Source: an uncultured Desulfatitalea sp. (GTDB lineage: Bacteria; Desulfobacterota; Desulfobacteria; Desulfobacterales; Desulfosarcinaceae). Taken from it: a DNA stretch of 64,000 nt. The notes under the pieces were generated by a model, which saw nothing but the letters and a program-made list of their open reading frames with translations, ran no database searches and was not told where the DNA came from. Position 1 is the stretch's first letter. Each line of letters begins with the position of its first letter. This document shows positions 8,096 to 17,516 of the stretch, piece by piece. A program made the translations under genes and the position numbers. The DNA is taken from assembly GCA_963668675.2 (NCBI GenBank), contig CAXXMB010000002.1, forward strand, positions 928,001 through 992,000, given 5' to 3'.

Positions 8096-9594
8096 TGTCG
8101 GCTCTCCTTGTCAAGGGCGATTTGGGCCATGGCCAGAGCCTTTTGGACGGACATGGCCTTGTTGACCGTCTCTTGACGCTCGCGTTCCGGGTCGGAGTCG
8201 GCCACGATGCCGGCACCGGCCCTGACGGTCATCTGGTCGTTCTGCACGCAGGCGGTGCGGATGGTGATGGCCATATCCATGTTCCCGCTGAAAGAGATGT
8301 ACCCCACTGCACCGCCATAAGTGCCGCGCGGTGCCTGCTCCATTTCGGCGATGATCTCCATGGCGCGCACCTTGGGGGCGCCGCTGAGGGTGCCGGCCGG
8401 AAACGAGGCACGCAACAGGTCCCAGACATCGCACTCGGGCTTCAACTCGCTGATGATGTTAGAGACCAGATGCATCACATGCGAATAGCGCTCCACCACC
8501 ATCAAATCGGTCACCTGCACCGTTCCGGTGCGGGCCACGCGCCCCAGATCGTTGCGCCCGAGGTCGACCAGCATCAGATGCTCGGCGCGCTCCTTTTCGT
8601 CCTGGAGGAGTTCATCGGCCAGGGCCCGGTCCTCCTGCTCACTGGCGCCGCGCGGCCGGGTTCCGGCGATAGGCCGCAGGGTGGCCACCCGGTTCTCCAG
8701 CCGCACCATGGTCTCCGGCGACGATCCGGCCAGCACCGTGTCGCCAAGGTGCATGAAAAACAGGTATGGTGACGGATTGATATAGCGCTGGGCCCGGTAG
8801 AGCGCAAGCACGTCATTGGGCGCAGGGCAGACAAACGGCTGTGAGATCACCGACTGAATGATGTCGCCCTGACGAATATAGGTTTTGACTCGGTCGACCT
8901 GCTCCCGGAAGGCCGCTTCGGCCAGCACCGGCTGCAGCGACAGCTGAAAGGCCGACATATTCACCGGCTCTGCGGTCAAGGGCATGTTGATCACCCGCAG
9001 CAGCTGGTTGAGGCGGTTGGCGGCCGTAGCGTAGGCGTGGCCGGCCGCCTCGGGTTTTTCGATAAAGCAGATCGACAGGCAGAGCAACGTGTTGCGAATG
9101 TTATCAAATACGAGCAGCTCCTCAGGCAACATGAAATGCGCCATGGGTTGATCGTCGGCCAGCATGTTGGGGACACGGTTCTCGAAGAAGGAGACCATCT
9201 CGTAGGTCAAATAGCCGACCAGACCTCCCCAGAAGCGGGGCAGTTCGACCATGTCGGCCGGCTTGTAACGCTCCATCAGCGATTTGAGTACAGACAGGGG
9301 GTCGTTATGGTGGGCGATGCGTTCGGCGCCGACACGGGTGGCAACTTCAACCACGTCTCGATAGACGCGCACATCGGCATGGGCGGAGGTGCCGATAAAG
9401 CTGAATCGACCCCACTTTTCACCGCCCTCCACACTTTCGAGCAGAAAAATCGATCCCTGCTTGCGGTAAAGCTTGGCCAGCAGCGATACCGGCGTCTCCA
9501 TATCGGCCAGTATCTCCACGCCCACCGGGATGACATTATGGGTTTGGGCCAGCTCCTGGAACTGTGTCTGGTCAGGGAATTTGCGTAACAGCAT
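8092..9594 (-). CDS. trpE: Anthranilate synthase component I
   Basis: LLES, NPSPY, PIAGTRPRG, EHLMLVDLGRND, AGTLSGAPKVRAM. ATG 9594 follows AAAGGAG. Confidence 0.96.
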   Translation of the reverse strand: MLLRKFPDQTQFQELAQTHNVIPVGVEILADMETPVSLLAKLYRKQGSIFLLESVEGGEKWGRFSFIGTSAHADVRVYRDVVEVATRVGAERIAHHNDPLSVLKSLMERYKPADMVELPRFWGGLVGYLTYEMVSFFENRVPNMLADDQPMAHFMLPEELLVFDNIRNTLLCLSICFIEKPEAAGHAYATAANRLNQLLRVINMPLTAEPVNMSAFQLSLQPVLAEAAFREQVDRVKTYIRQGDIIQSVISQPFVCPAPNDVLALYRAQRYINPSPYLFFMHLGDTVLAGSSPETMVRLENRVATLRPIAGTRPRGASEQEDRALADELLQDEKERAEHLMLVDLGRNDLGRVARTGTVQVTDLMVVERYSHVMHLVSNIISELKPECDVWDLLRASFPAGTLSGAPKVRAMEIIAEMEQAPRGTYGGAVGYISFSGNMDMAITIRTACVQNDQMTVRAGAGIVADSDPERERQETVNKAMSVQKALAMAQIALDKESRQ

Positions 9595-9655
9595 ACCATC
9601 TCCTTTCCACAAAAAAGGGCCGCAATGTCTTCGTCGGCTCACGCCCCTTTTCGGC

Positions 9656-9694
9656 AAAAAAAAGGACCGTGAGCTTGAAGCGGCCCACGGTCCT
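9656..9694 (-). terminator. Attenuator terminator of the trp leader
   Basis: Minus strand AGGACCGTGGGC-CGCTTCAA-GCTCACGGTCCT followed by a T run, between the leader peptide and trpE. Confidence 0.88.
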
Positions 9695-9718
9695 ATTAAC
9701 TGCCGGTGAATCGATCAG

Positions 9719-9820
9719 TCAGACATTCGGCAGGGCTCCGCAGGCACGCATGCACCACCGCCACCACCAAGCCTTGATCGTGTTGTTGCTATGTCTATTG
9801 TATTGTTGCGCCTTTTTCAT
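9719..9820 (-). CDS. trpL: Trp operon leader peptide, 33 aa (not in ORF track)
   Basis: MKKAQQYNRHSNNTIKAWWWRWCMRACGALPNV*: four Trp codons immediately upstream of a terminator and trpE. Confidence 0.88.
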   Translation of the reverse strand: MKKAQQYNRHSNNTIKAWWWRWCMRACGALPNV

Positions 9821-9858
9821 AAGGTGTATCTACCGGATTCATTGGGTCTAGTTGCGTC

Positions 9859-9888
9859 TAAATAGAGATGAAAGCGCTTGGGTGTCAA
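9859..9888 (-). promoter_or_regulatory. Candidate sigma70 promoter for trp leader/operon
   Basis: Minus strand A-tract + TTGACA (9888-9883), followed by only a weak -10 (CTATTT/TATTTA). Confidence 0.5.
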
Positions 9889-10033
9889 GTTTTTTTTGCC
9901 AGCAGCACCGATCCCTACCCGTCGCGCGGCACTCACCGGATCGCAGGGCTAAAAACCGACCCGCGGTTCGGAAATATTTTAAACCAAAATCATTACTTTT
10001 CCTATAGCCATGTTTTTATAGGTAAAATATGAT

Positions 10034-10062
10034 TTGACAAATCGAATCAGAATGAATAAATT
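10034..10062 (+). promoter_or_regulatory. Candidate sigma70 promoter for the TetR-RND operon
   Basis: TTGACA-17 bp-TAAATT. Confidence 0.6.
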
Positions 10063-10111
10063 CTCGAACCTTTGGGTCGGAAACAACAATCCCCCAGGGG
10101 AAGGGAGCCAC

Positions 10112-10750
10112 ATGAACAACATGAGTGCGAAAAGAAACGTTCGAGCAAAAGAGATCGCCCAGGCCGCGCTGCGCCTCTTTGCACGCAGAGGCTTCGCCGC
10201 CGGCAGTGTCGAAGAGATCTCGGCAGAGGCCGGTATTGGGAAGAGCACGGTATACGAGTACTACCGCAACAAGGAGGAGCTGTTTGTAGCGGCCGTGCAG
10301 GAGGGAGCCGATCAGTGGTTTGCCGACCTGGAGATGATCGGGCGCGAAACCCAGGACCCGGTTGAGCGGCTCTACCGTATTGCAAATCTCTACCTTGAAG
10401 ACCACGGAGTGGACTGCACAGAAAAATCGAGGCTCTTTCTGGAAGTCGTCTCCCAGACGCTTTTGCAGGGCGGCATCTTTTCAGACCAGCGCCATCTGAT
10501 CCTGAACATCTACCAACGCCACATCCGCACTGTGGTCGGTTTTCTGCTCGAAGGGGTCTCCAGCGGACGACTACGACCCGAAATTGCACACCATTCTGAA
10601 AAGATCGCCATCAATTTCCTGGCCTACCTTGACGGGCTGGTCATGCACGGCATGGTGGCCGGTGGACAGGTCGACCTGCATTCCCAGATCGCTCTTTACC
10701 TGAAATATTTCACGCCGCTGCTGACATTAGAAAGAACTGAAGCTGCGTGA
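10112..10750 (+). CDS. TetR/AcrR family transcriptional regulator
   Basis: N-terminal HTH (LFARRGF...EISAEAGIGKSTVYEYYRNKEELF). ATG 10112 follows AAGGGAG. Confidence 0.93.
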   Translation: MNNMSAKRNVRAKEIAQAALRLFARRGFAAGSVEEISAEAGIGKSTVYEYYRNKEELFVAAVQEGADQWFADLEMIGRETQDPVERLYRIANLYLEDHGVDCTEKSRLFLEVVSQTLLQGGIFSDQRHLILNIYQRHIRTVVGFLLEGVSSGRLRPEIAHHSEKIAINFLAYLDGLVMHGMVAGGQVDLHSQIALYLKYFTPLLTLERTEAA

Positions 10751-10805
10751 ATAACCCCGGTAGCATGGTTGAACGGCAGAACGAAAGATAAAACAACAAC
10801 AGGGA

Positions 10806-11978
10806 GTGTTGAAACAGGTCATGGATCACAACGAAAAGACATCCGAAACGGACCGCCCCCAGCCGACCTGGCTGCACCGCCTCTTGAAAGCCATGCCGAT
10901 GCTGGTCGTCATCCTCCTGGTGGGTATCATCGTCATTCTCGGTGGCGAGATCCGCTCAGAGGGCAAGGTCATCAAAGAGAAGAAGAGTTCCGAGCTTCGC
11001 CAGGATCGCAAGGCCACCAATGTCGTGTCCATGGAGGTGACGCCGCAGCTTCTACAGGAGAAGCTCTCACTGCCCGGCTATGTGAAGCCATGGATCACGC
11101 TGCAGGTGGTTGCTGAAGTCAAAGGCACCATCGTGACCAAAGCGGTGAGTGAAGGCGCTCTCGTAAAAAAGGGGGAGATCCTGGCCACCATCGACCGGCG
11201 GGACTACGCCAATGCCCACGCCTCTGCCAAGGCGGCCTACGAAGTGGCCGTTGCCACGGAGAAGCGGTTGCGAAAACTGTTCCGCGACCGGGTGGCCACC
11301 CAGGCACAGCTCGATGATATCGTCGCCACGGTGCGGACCAGCAAGGCGGCCATGGACAATGCTGCGCTGGCGCTGGAGCGCTGCAGTATCCGAGCCCCCA
11401 TGGACGGCATTGTCGATCGGGTCCATGTGGAGCCCGGCCAGTTCATGGATGTGGGCAACCCGGTGGCTAAATTGCTCGATATCCGCCGGGTCAAGGTCGA
11501 AGTGGGCATTCCCGAATCGGATGTGGATGCCGTGCGCCGCCTCGAACGATTTTCGGTCACCATCGAGGCCCTGGACGGTAAAAAATTCGAAGGCACCCGG
11601 CACTATCTGCAAAAGACGGCCGACGACTTTGCCCGTCTCTACAATCTGGAGATCGCTATAGAGAATCCCGATATCGAGATCCTGCCAGACATGTTCGCCC
11701 GGGTGATCATCGTCAAAACCGTGGTGCCGGACGGGCTGGCGGTTCCCCTCTATTCTCTGGTCAAACGAAACGACAGGGATGCCGTTTTTCTGGTCAACGA
11801 CGGATTGGCCAGACTGCAGCCGGTAAAACTGGGCATCCAGGATGGATGGCACATGCAGGTGCGCAAGGGCATCACCACCGGTGACCGTGTGGTGGTGGTC
11901 GGCCAGCGCAGCATCGAAGACGGCGAAAAGGTACATGTCACCAAGACGGTCCGCTCGATGGAGGAGCTGATCCAATGA
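10806..11978 (+). CDS. RND efflux periplasmic adaptor (MFP)
   Basis: N-terminal TM, VSEGALVKKGEILATID, IRAPMDG, GDRVVVVGQ. Overlaps the RND permease by ATGA. Confidence 0.92.
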   Translation: MLKQVMDHNEKTSETDRPQPTWLHRLLKAMPMLVVILLVGIIVILGGEIRSEGKVIKEKKSSELRQDRKATNVVSMEVTPQLLQEKLSLPGYVKPWITLQVVAEVKGTIVTKAVSEGALVKKGEILATIDRRDYANAHASAKAAYEVAVATEKRLRKLFRDRVATQAQLDDIVATVRTSKAAMDNAALALERCSIRAPMDGIVDRVHVEPGQFMDVGNPVAKLLDIRRVKVEVGIPESDVDAVRRLERFSVTIEALDGKKFEGTRHYLQKTADDFARLYNLEIAIENPDIEILPDMFARVIIVKTVVPDGLAVPLYSLVKRNDRDAVFLVNDGLARLQPVKLGIQDGWHMQVRKGITTGDRVVVVGQRSIEDGEKVHVTKTVRSMEELIQ

Positions 11979-14900
11979 TCATATCCAACGCCGCCGTCAA
12001 GAACCGGATCAGCGTGGTCGTCTTCACCCTCATCATCGTAATCGTGGGGATCAGCAGCTACATCTCCCTGCCCCGGGAGAGCTCACCGGACATCACCATA
12101 CCGCACGTCTTCGTACAGACCGACTATCGGGGGGTGTCGGCCGCCGACATCGAAACCAGCATCACCATCAAAATCGAAAAGAAGCTCAAAGGGCTCGACC
12201 GCGTCAAAAAAATCAAGTCGGTCAGCGCCGAAGGCCTCTCCCAGATCGACATCGAGTTCATCCCGGGCACGGACATCGACGACGTACTTCCCAAGGTGAA
12301 AGACAAAGTGGACGAGGCCAAGATCGACCTACCCACCGACCTGGAAAACGATCCGTCGGTCTACGAAGTCAACTTCTCGGAGCTGCCCATCATCGTCTTC
12401 TCCCTCTCGGGCACCTGCGGGCCCCGGTGTCTGAAGAAGATCGCCGACGATCTCAAAGACGATATCGAAGCGATCCCCGGCGTGCTGGAAGCCGAAGTCA
12501 CCGGCGGCCAGGAGCGCGAAATCCGCATCGAGGTTGATACGGACAAGCTGGCCTACTACCGCATCCCCATTACCGCCTTCCAGCAGGTGGTGCCCAGCGA
12601 AAACCAGAACACCTCGGGCGGTGCCATCACCCTTGGCCAGGGGCGCTACCAACTGAGGGTGCCGGGCGAATTTGAGACCCCGGACGAGATCCTGGGCCTG
12701 ATCGTGGCCACCCACGAGGGTCGCCCCATCTACTTGAAAGATGTGGCCGCCGTGGTGGACGGCATCAAGGACGAAACCAGCCGTTCGCGGCTGGACGGCA
12801 TCGAAGCGGTCAACATCGCGGTCAAAAAGCGGGTCGGCGAAAACATCATCGAAATCACCGACCGCATCGACGACACCATCGCGCGCGCGAGCCAAACATG
12901 GCCGGCCGGCACGCAGATCACCAAGCTGATGGACCGCGCCAAGGAGATCCGCAACATGGTGGCCGACCTGGAGAACAACATCATCTCGGGCCTACTCCTG
13001 GTGGTCGTGGTGCTGCTCTTCGCCCTGGGCCTGCGCAACGCCATACTGGTCTGCCTGGCCATTCCGTTCTCCATGCTGCTGTCGTTCATCATCTTGAGCG
13101 CTCTGGGCATCACCCTCAACATGGTGGTTCTCTTCTCGCTCACGCTGGCGCTCGGTATGCTGGTGGACAACGCCATCGTCATCGTCGAAAACATCTACCG
13201 CTACATGGAGCAGGGCGTACCGCGCATCGAGGCCGCCATGCGGGCCACCGGCGAGGTGGCCTGGCCGGTGATCGGCTCCACTCTTACCACCCTGGCGGCT
13301 TTCTTCCCCATGATCTTCTGGCCCGGCCTTATGGGCGAATTCATGAAGTATTTGCCGATCACGCTGATCGTGACCCTCTTCTCCAGCCTCTTCGTGGCCA
13401 TGGTGATCAATCCCGCCCTGGGGGCCATCTTCATGCGGGTCAAAGGCAGGCGCCCGGCGACTGAAGAGAGCGAAGGCAGCGCAGCAAAAATAGCCGACGA
13501 CGGCGAAGCGCCGGTCAAGATTACCGGCCCGCTGCTAAACAGCTATACCCGTCTGCTCAAGGGCGCCCTGCAGCATAAAATCGCCGTGCTGTGCATCGCC
13601 TTCGCAGTTCTGGTGATTCTCATCCAGGTGTGGATGCTGGCCATCGGCCTCGAACGCCCGGTAGAGTTCTTCCCGGCCATCGACCCCAAAAGCGTCTATA
13701 TCAACATCGACCCGCCAGAGGGGGCCGACCTGGACTATGTGGACCGGTTGATCAAGCAGACGGAGATGGCGGTCATCGGCGCCGGAGACGGCACCACCGT
13801 CGCCACCCCGGATGCGTATGCGGCCGCCTACCGGTTGAATGAGCACGTCAAAGCAGACGGCCAAACCTTCGACGCGCCGGGCGACTTGAACAACATCGAG
13901 CATGTCTACTCCCGGGCCGTCCAGGGCGGCAGCGGCTTCTCCTTCGATTCGAATCTACCCAACCACATCGGCGTGCAGTTCGTCGACTTCCAGGAGCGCA
14001 AGACGCCGACGGCGGCCGACGTGGAGAGGCTGCGGCAAAGGGTCTCCACCATCGCCGGTGCGCGCATTACCGTCGACGAGCAGGAGGAGGGACCACCTAC
14101 CGGAGCCCCTATCAATATCGAAATCGCGGGTGACAACTTCACCCAGCTGGGCGCCATCGCCCAGCGCATCCGCGAGGCGGTGGAGAAGATGCCCCACGTC
14201 TACGATGTGCGCGACGACTATGTGGCCGGTCTGCCTTCGGTCCAGGTCAGAATAGACCGCCAGCGGGCCGCCCTCTTCGGTCTCACCACCAGCACCATCG
14301 GCGCCGCCCTGAAGACCGCTTACAACGGCCTGGACATCACAACCTATTATGAGGGGGACGAAGACTACGACGTCACCGTCACCCTCAACGATGCCGACCG
14401 CAGGGTCACCGACATCCTGCACAAGTTGATGATCCCGACGCCCAGCGGCCAGATCGTGCCGTTGACCACGCTGGCCAGAATTGAATACGCCGGCAGTCTC
14501 GGCGACATCGTACGCATCAACCACGAACGCGTGGTGACCGTCAGGGCCAACGTGGACGAAGCCAAGATCCCCGGCGCAGTGGCACGCGCGCGGGCCGAAG
14601 AGATGCTGGCCAAGTTCAAACTGCCGCCCGGCTACCGGGTCACCTTCACCGGAGAGAACGAGTTTCAGCAGGAGTCCCAGGAGTTTCTCACGCGCGCCTT
14701 CATGATCGCCCTCTTCCTGATCTTTCTGATCCTGGTTACCCTCTTCAACTCGGTGGTCCAGCCGTTGATCATTCTCACATCGGTGGTGCTCTCCCTCGGC
14801 GGCGCTTTTCTCGGACTCTATATGATCCGGTCGCCCTTCGGCATCATCATGTCCGGGGTGGGCATCATCTCCCTGGCCGGCGTGGTCGTCAACAACGCCA

Positions 14901-15283
14901 TCGTCCTGATCGACTACACCAACAAGCTGCGCGCACGCGGCTTTTCCCTCAATCAAGCCGTCGTGGCCGCCGGCGCCACCCGCCTGCGCCCGGTGCTCCT
15001 GACCGCCATCACCACGATCCTGGGATTGATCCCCATGGTTACCGGCGTCAGTTACGATTTTCACACCATGGCCATCTCCTGGAGCAGTGAATCGACCCAA
15101 TGGTGGCGCTCCATGTCCATCGTGGTCATCTACGGCCTCATGGTATCGACCCTGCTGACCCTGGTCGTCGTGCCGACCATTTACGCCCTGATCGAGACCA
15201 GCCACGCCCGCATCAGTGAGTGGAATGCAAGGTTCAAGCGATGGTACTGGGCGCCTTACGGTGGCCAGCCGGAAAACAAATAG
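11975..15283 (+). CDS. RND efflux permease (AcrB/AcrD/AcrF family)
   Basis: 1102 aa with GMLVDNAIVIVENI, GVVVNNAIVLID and RLRPVLLTAITT. Confidence 0.95.
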   Translation: MIISNAAVKNRISVVVFTLIIVIVGISSYISLPRESSPDITIPHVFVQTDYRGVSAADIETSITIKIEKKLKGLDRVKKIKSVSAEGLSQIDIEFIPGTDIDDVLPKVKDKVDEAKIDLPTDLENDPSVYEVNFSELPIIVFSLSGTCGPRCLKKIADDLKDDIEAIPGVLEAEVTGGQEREIRIEVDTDKLAYYRIPITAFQQVVPSENQNTSGGAITLGQGRYQLRVPGEFETPDEILGLIVATHEGRPIYLKDVAAVVDGIKDETSRSRLDGIEAVNIAVKKRVGENIIEITDRIDDTIARASQTWPAGTQITKLMDRAKEIRNMVADLENNIISGLLLVVVVLLFALGLRNAILVCLAIPFSMLLSFIILSALGITLNMVVLFSLTLALGMLVDNAIVIVENIYRYMEQGVPRIEAAMRATGEVAWPVIGSTLTTLAAFFPMIFWPGLMGEFMKYLPITLIVTLFSSLFVAMVINPALGAIFMRVKGRRPATEESEGSAAKIADDGEAPVKITGPLLNSYTRLLKGALQHKIAVLCIAFAVLVILIQVWMLAIGLERPVEFFPAIDPKSVYINIDPPEGADLDYVDRLIKQTEMAVIGAGDGTTVATPDAYAAAYRLNEHVKADGQTFDAPGDLNNIEHVYSRAVQGGSGFSFDSNLPNHIGVQFVDFQERKTPTAADVERLRQRVSTIAGARITVDEQEEGPPTGAPINIEIAGDNFTQLGAIAQRIREAVEKMPHVYDVRDDYVAGLPSVQVRIDRQRAALFGLTTSTIGAALKTAYNGLDITTYYEGDEDYDVTVTLNDADRRVTDILHKLMIPTPSGQIVPLTTLARIEYAGSLGDIVRINHERVVTVRANVDEAKIPGAVARARAEEMLAKFKLPPGYRVTFTGENEFQQESQEFLTRAFMIALFLIFLILVTLFNSVVQPLIILTSVVLSLGGAFLGLYMIRSPFGIIMSGVGIISLAGVVVNNAIVLIDYTNKLRARGFSLNQAVVAAGATRLRPVLLTAITTILGLIPMVTGVSYDFHTMAISWSSESTQWWRSMSIVVIYGLMVSTLLTLVVVPTIYALIETSHARISEWNARFKRWYWAPYGGQPENK

Positions 15284-15298
15284 CGGCCTGATCACGCC

Positions 15299-15449
15299 CT
15301 TATTAAACCAGCAACAAACTACGCAAAACCGTCATGCCGGACTTGATCCGCCATCCAGTGCAAACCGCTGGATGGCGCTGATGCTTCACTTCGTGCCCGG
15401 CTTTCGCCGGAAAGACGAATATGGTCTCTATTATTGCCGGGCTAATAAG
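15299..15449. mobile_element. MITE/REP-like palindromic element, copy 1 (degenerate)
   Basis: Terminal IRs CTTATTAAACCAGCAA...TTGCCGGGCTAATAAG enclose GTCATGCCGGACTTGATCCG. Homologous to the reverse complement of 34908-35037. Confidence 0.6.
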
Positions 15450-15602
15450 ATCTCATCTCCACCATCTGCATTATCAGGTATGTTGCCACAGCGCCCCGAG
15501 CGAACGCTTGCCGAGCCACTTACTCCGTGCTACGCTCCCCAAAGATCAAGTAACCATGCGACTGGGAAGAGAAGCACAAAACCTGAAGACAGGATCGTTT
15601 TC

Positions 15603-17480
15603 ATGAAAGACCCTAAAAAAGGCAACTGGGAAAAACGGGTTGTGACACCGGAGGTCGCCTTGGGGCGAATCGAACCGGGTATGAACCTCTTCGTGGGAAC
15701 CGGAACCGCCGAGCCGCGGACAATGGTGAAACATCTGATGGCGTCAAAATCATACCGCCTGCAGGACCTGACCCTGATTCAGATGGTCAGCCTGGGCGAT
15801 GCCATCTCGCTCGAAGCGCTGCAGTCGAGAAAATACCGTCTGAAAACCTTCTTCTCCGGCTGGGTCGCGTCGGAAGCGATCACGGCCGGCTACGTCGACC
15901 TGATCCCATCGCGATTCTCTACCATCCCCAGGCTGATCCGCTCCGGACAGATCCCCATCGACGTGGCCGTTATCCAAATTACGCCGCCCAACGAGGCCGG
16001 GTACTGCAGCCTTGGCGTGGGGGTGGACGTCACCCGCTGGGCCATGGAGCAGGCCGAGTTGGTAGTGGGAGAGATCAACGACCAGGTGCCATTCACCTAC
16101 GGCGATACCTTTGTCTCCATCGACGAGTTCGACCTTCTGGTAAAATCCAGCGAACCGCCGATCTATTTCGACCGCTGGCCTCAGCACGACGTCTTCGACC
16201 GGGTCGCCGCGAGCGTGGCGTCGGTGATCGAAGACGGCACCTGCCTGGCCTGGAGCATCGGTCCGCTCTTCGAAGCGCTGCCCAAACACCTGGCCAACAA
16301 GAGAGATCTGGGCATTCACACGCCTTCGTTTACCGACTCGTTGATGGAGCTGGTCCAGAGCGGCGCCGTCAGCAACCGCCGCAAAGGTCTGTTCCGCGGC
16401 CGGTCCCTGGCTGGATTCGCATTGGGCAGCGCCAAACTGATGCGCTGGCTGGACCGCAACCCACTGGTCGAGTTCCAGAGTGTGGACCGGGTGTTCAGTC
16501 CGGCCGACATTGGCCGCAACGACCGGTTCGTTCTGATCATACCGGGCCGACGGGTCGATCTGGCCGGCAGGGCCGCCATGATTGTGGGCAAAGGGGATGT
16601 CACTGCAGGTCCGGGACAGATGTCGGATTTTTTCAACGGCGCAGAGATCTCCAGAGGGGGGTACACCATCGTGGCCCTGCCCAGCCGCAACCGAAAGGGC
16701 AAACCCAATGTACGTCTATCGGTGGAGGATCTGCCCAATCTGCTCAACCAGCCCGAATCGATGGACATCATCGCCACCGAGTACGGCACGGCCCACCTGC
16801 GCGGACGGACACTGCGCGAACGCGCCCAGGCACTGATTGAAATCGCCCATCCGGAAGATCGCCCGGCTCTGGTCGAAGAGGCCAAGAGGGCCCGTATTCT
16901 CTACCAGGACCAGATTTTTATCGCGGAGAGCGCCCATCTCTATCCCCAGGATGTGGCCACACGCCACACCTTCAAGAACGGTGTCAATATCCGCTTCAGG
17001 GCCATCAAACCATCAGATGAGGAACAGATGCGGCGGCTCTTCTACCGTTTCTCCGACGAAGCCATCTACTACCGCTATTTCGCCCCCATCAAAACCATGC
17101 CGCACACCGAGATGCAGGACTACGTCAATGTCGACTACCGTGAAACCCTCTCCATTGTGGGCCTGGTGGGTGAGCCCGGCCAGGAGAAGCTCATCTGCGA
17201 AGGCCGCTATGTCAAACACGACCGCCGCCCCTATGCCGACGTCGCCTTTGTCGTCGATGAAGAGTACCAGGGGCTTGGCATCGCCACCCACCTCTACCGC
17301 ATGCTCTCCCAGCACGCGCTGCAAAACGGCCTGCAAGGCTTGACCGCTGACGTGCTGGCATCCAACAAATCGATGCTCAAGGTCTTTGAAAAAGGAGATG
17401 TCCAGATGCAGGCGCGACTGCTGGACGGTGTCTATGCGCTGACCATGACCTTCAATCGTTCGACCAAGCAGGGAGACTGA
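15603..17480 (+). CDS. Acetyl-CoA hydrolase/CoA-transferase-like domain fused to a C-terminal GNAT acetyltransferase
   Basis: N-terminal family I CoA-transferase fold (GYCSLGVGVD, LGIHT, IATEYGTAHLRGRTLRERA). C-terminal Pat-like GNAT (RAIKPSD, AFVVDEEYQGLGIA, VLASNKSM). The ORF-track start at 15216 is an extension through the repeat. Confidence 0.88.
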   Translation: MKDPKKGNWEKRVVTPEVALGRIEPGMNLFVGTGTAEPRTMVKHLMASKSYRLQDLTLIQMVSLGDAISLEALQSRKYRLKTFFSGWVASEAITAGYVDLIPSRFSTIPRLIRSGQIPIDVAVIQITPPNEAGYCSLGVGVDVTRWAMEQAELVVGEINDQVPFTYGDTFVSIDEFDLLVKSSEPPIYFDRWPQHDVFDRVAASVASVIEDGTCLAWSIGPLFEALPKHLANKRDLGIHTPSFTDSLMELVQSGAVSNRRKGLFRGRSLAGFALGSAKLMRWLDRNPLVEFQSVDRVFSPADIGRNDRFVLIIPGRRVDLAGRAAMIVGKGDVTAGPGQMSDFFNGAEISRGGYTIVALPSRNRKGKPNVRLSVEDLPNLLNQPESMDIIATEYGTAHLRGRTLRERAQALIEIAHPEDRPALVEEAKRARILYQDQIFIAESAHLYPQDVATRHTFKNGVNIRFRAIKPSDEEQMRRLFYRFSDEAIYYRYFAPIKTMPHTEMQDYVNVDYRETLSIVGLVGEPGQEKLICEGRYVKHDRRPYADVAFVVDEEYQGLGIATHLYRMLSQHALQNGLQGLTADVLASNKSMLKVFEKGDVQMQARLLDGVYALTMTFNRSTKQGD

Positions 17481-17516
17481 ACCAACGGTTTTCTTCGCAG
17501 AAAGGGGTATGATGTT

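Noticed and set aside
9600..9850. T-box riboswitch upstream of trpE
   Set aside because: No recognisable T-box or specifier stem. The TGGTGG runs are in-frame Trp codons of a leader peptide.
13955..15295. 446-aa antisense ORF (also 11067-11975, 17013-18326, 18769-19968, 28188-29594, 42972-44264, 59513-60709)
   Set aside because: These are shadow frames of well-supported genes on the opposite strand, expected in GC-rich DNA, and show no motifs.
15216..15602. N-terminal extension of the CoA-transferase-GNAT ORF
   Set aside because: It overlaps the RND gene and reads through the palindromic repeat. Family-like sequence begins at ATG 15603.
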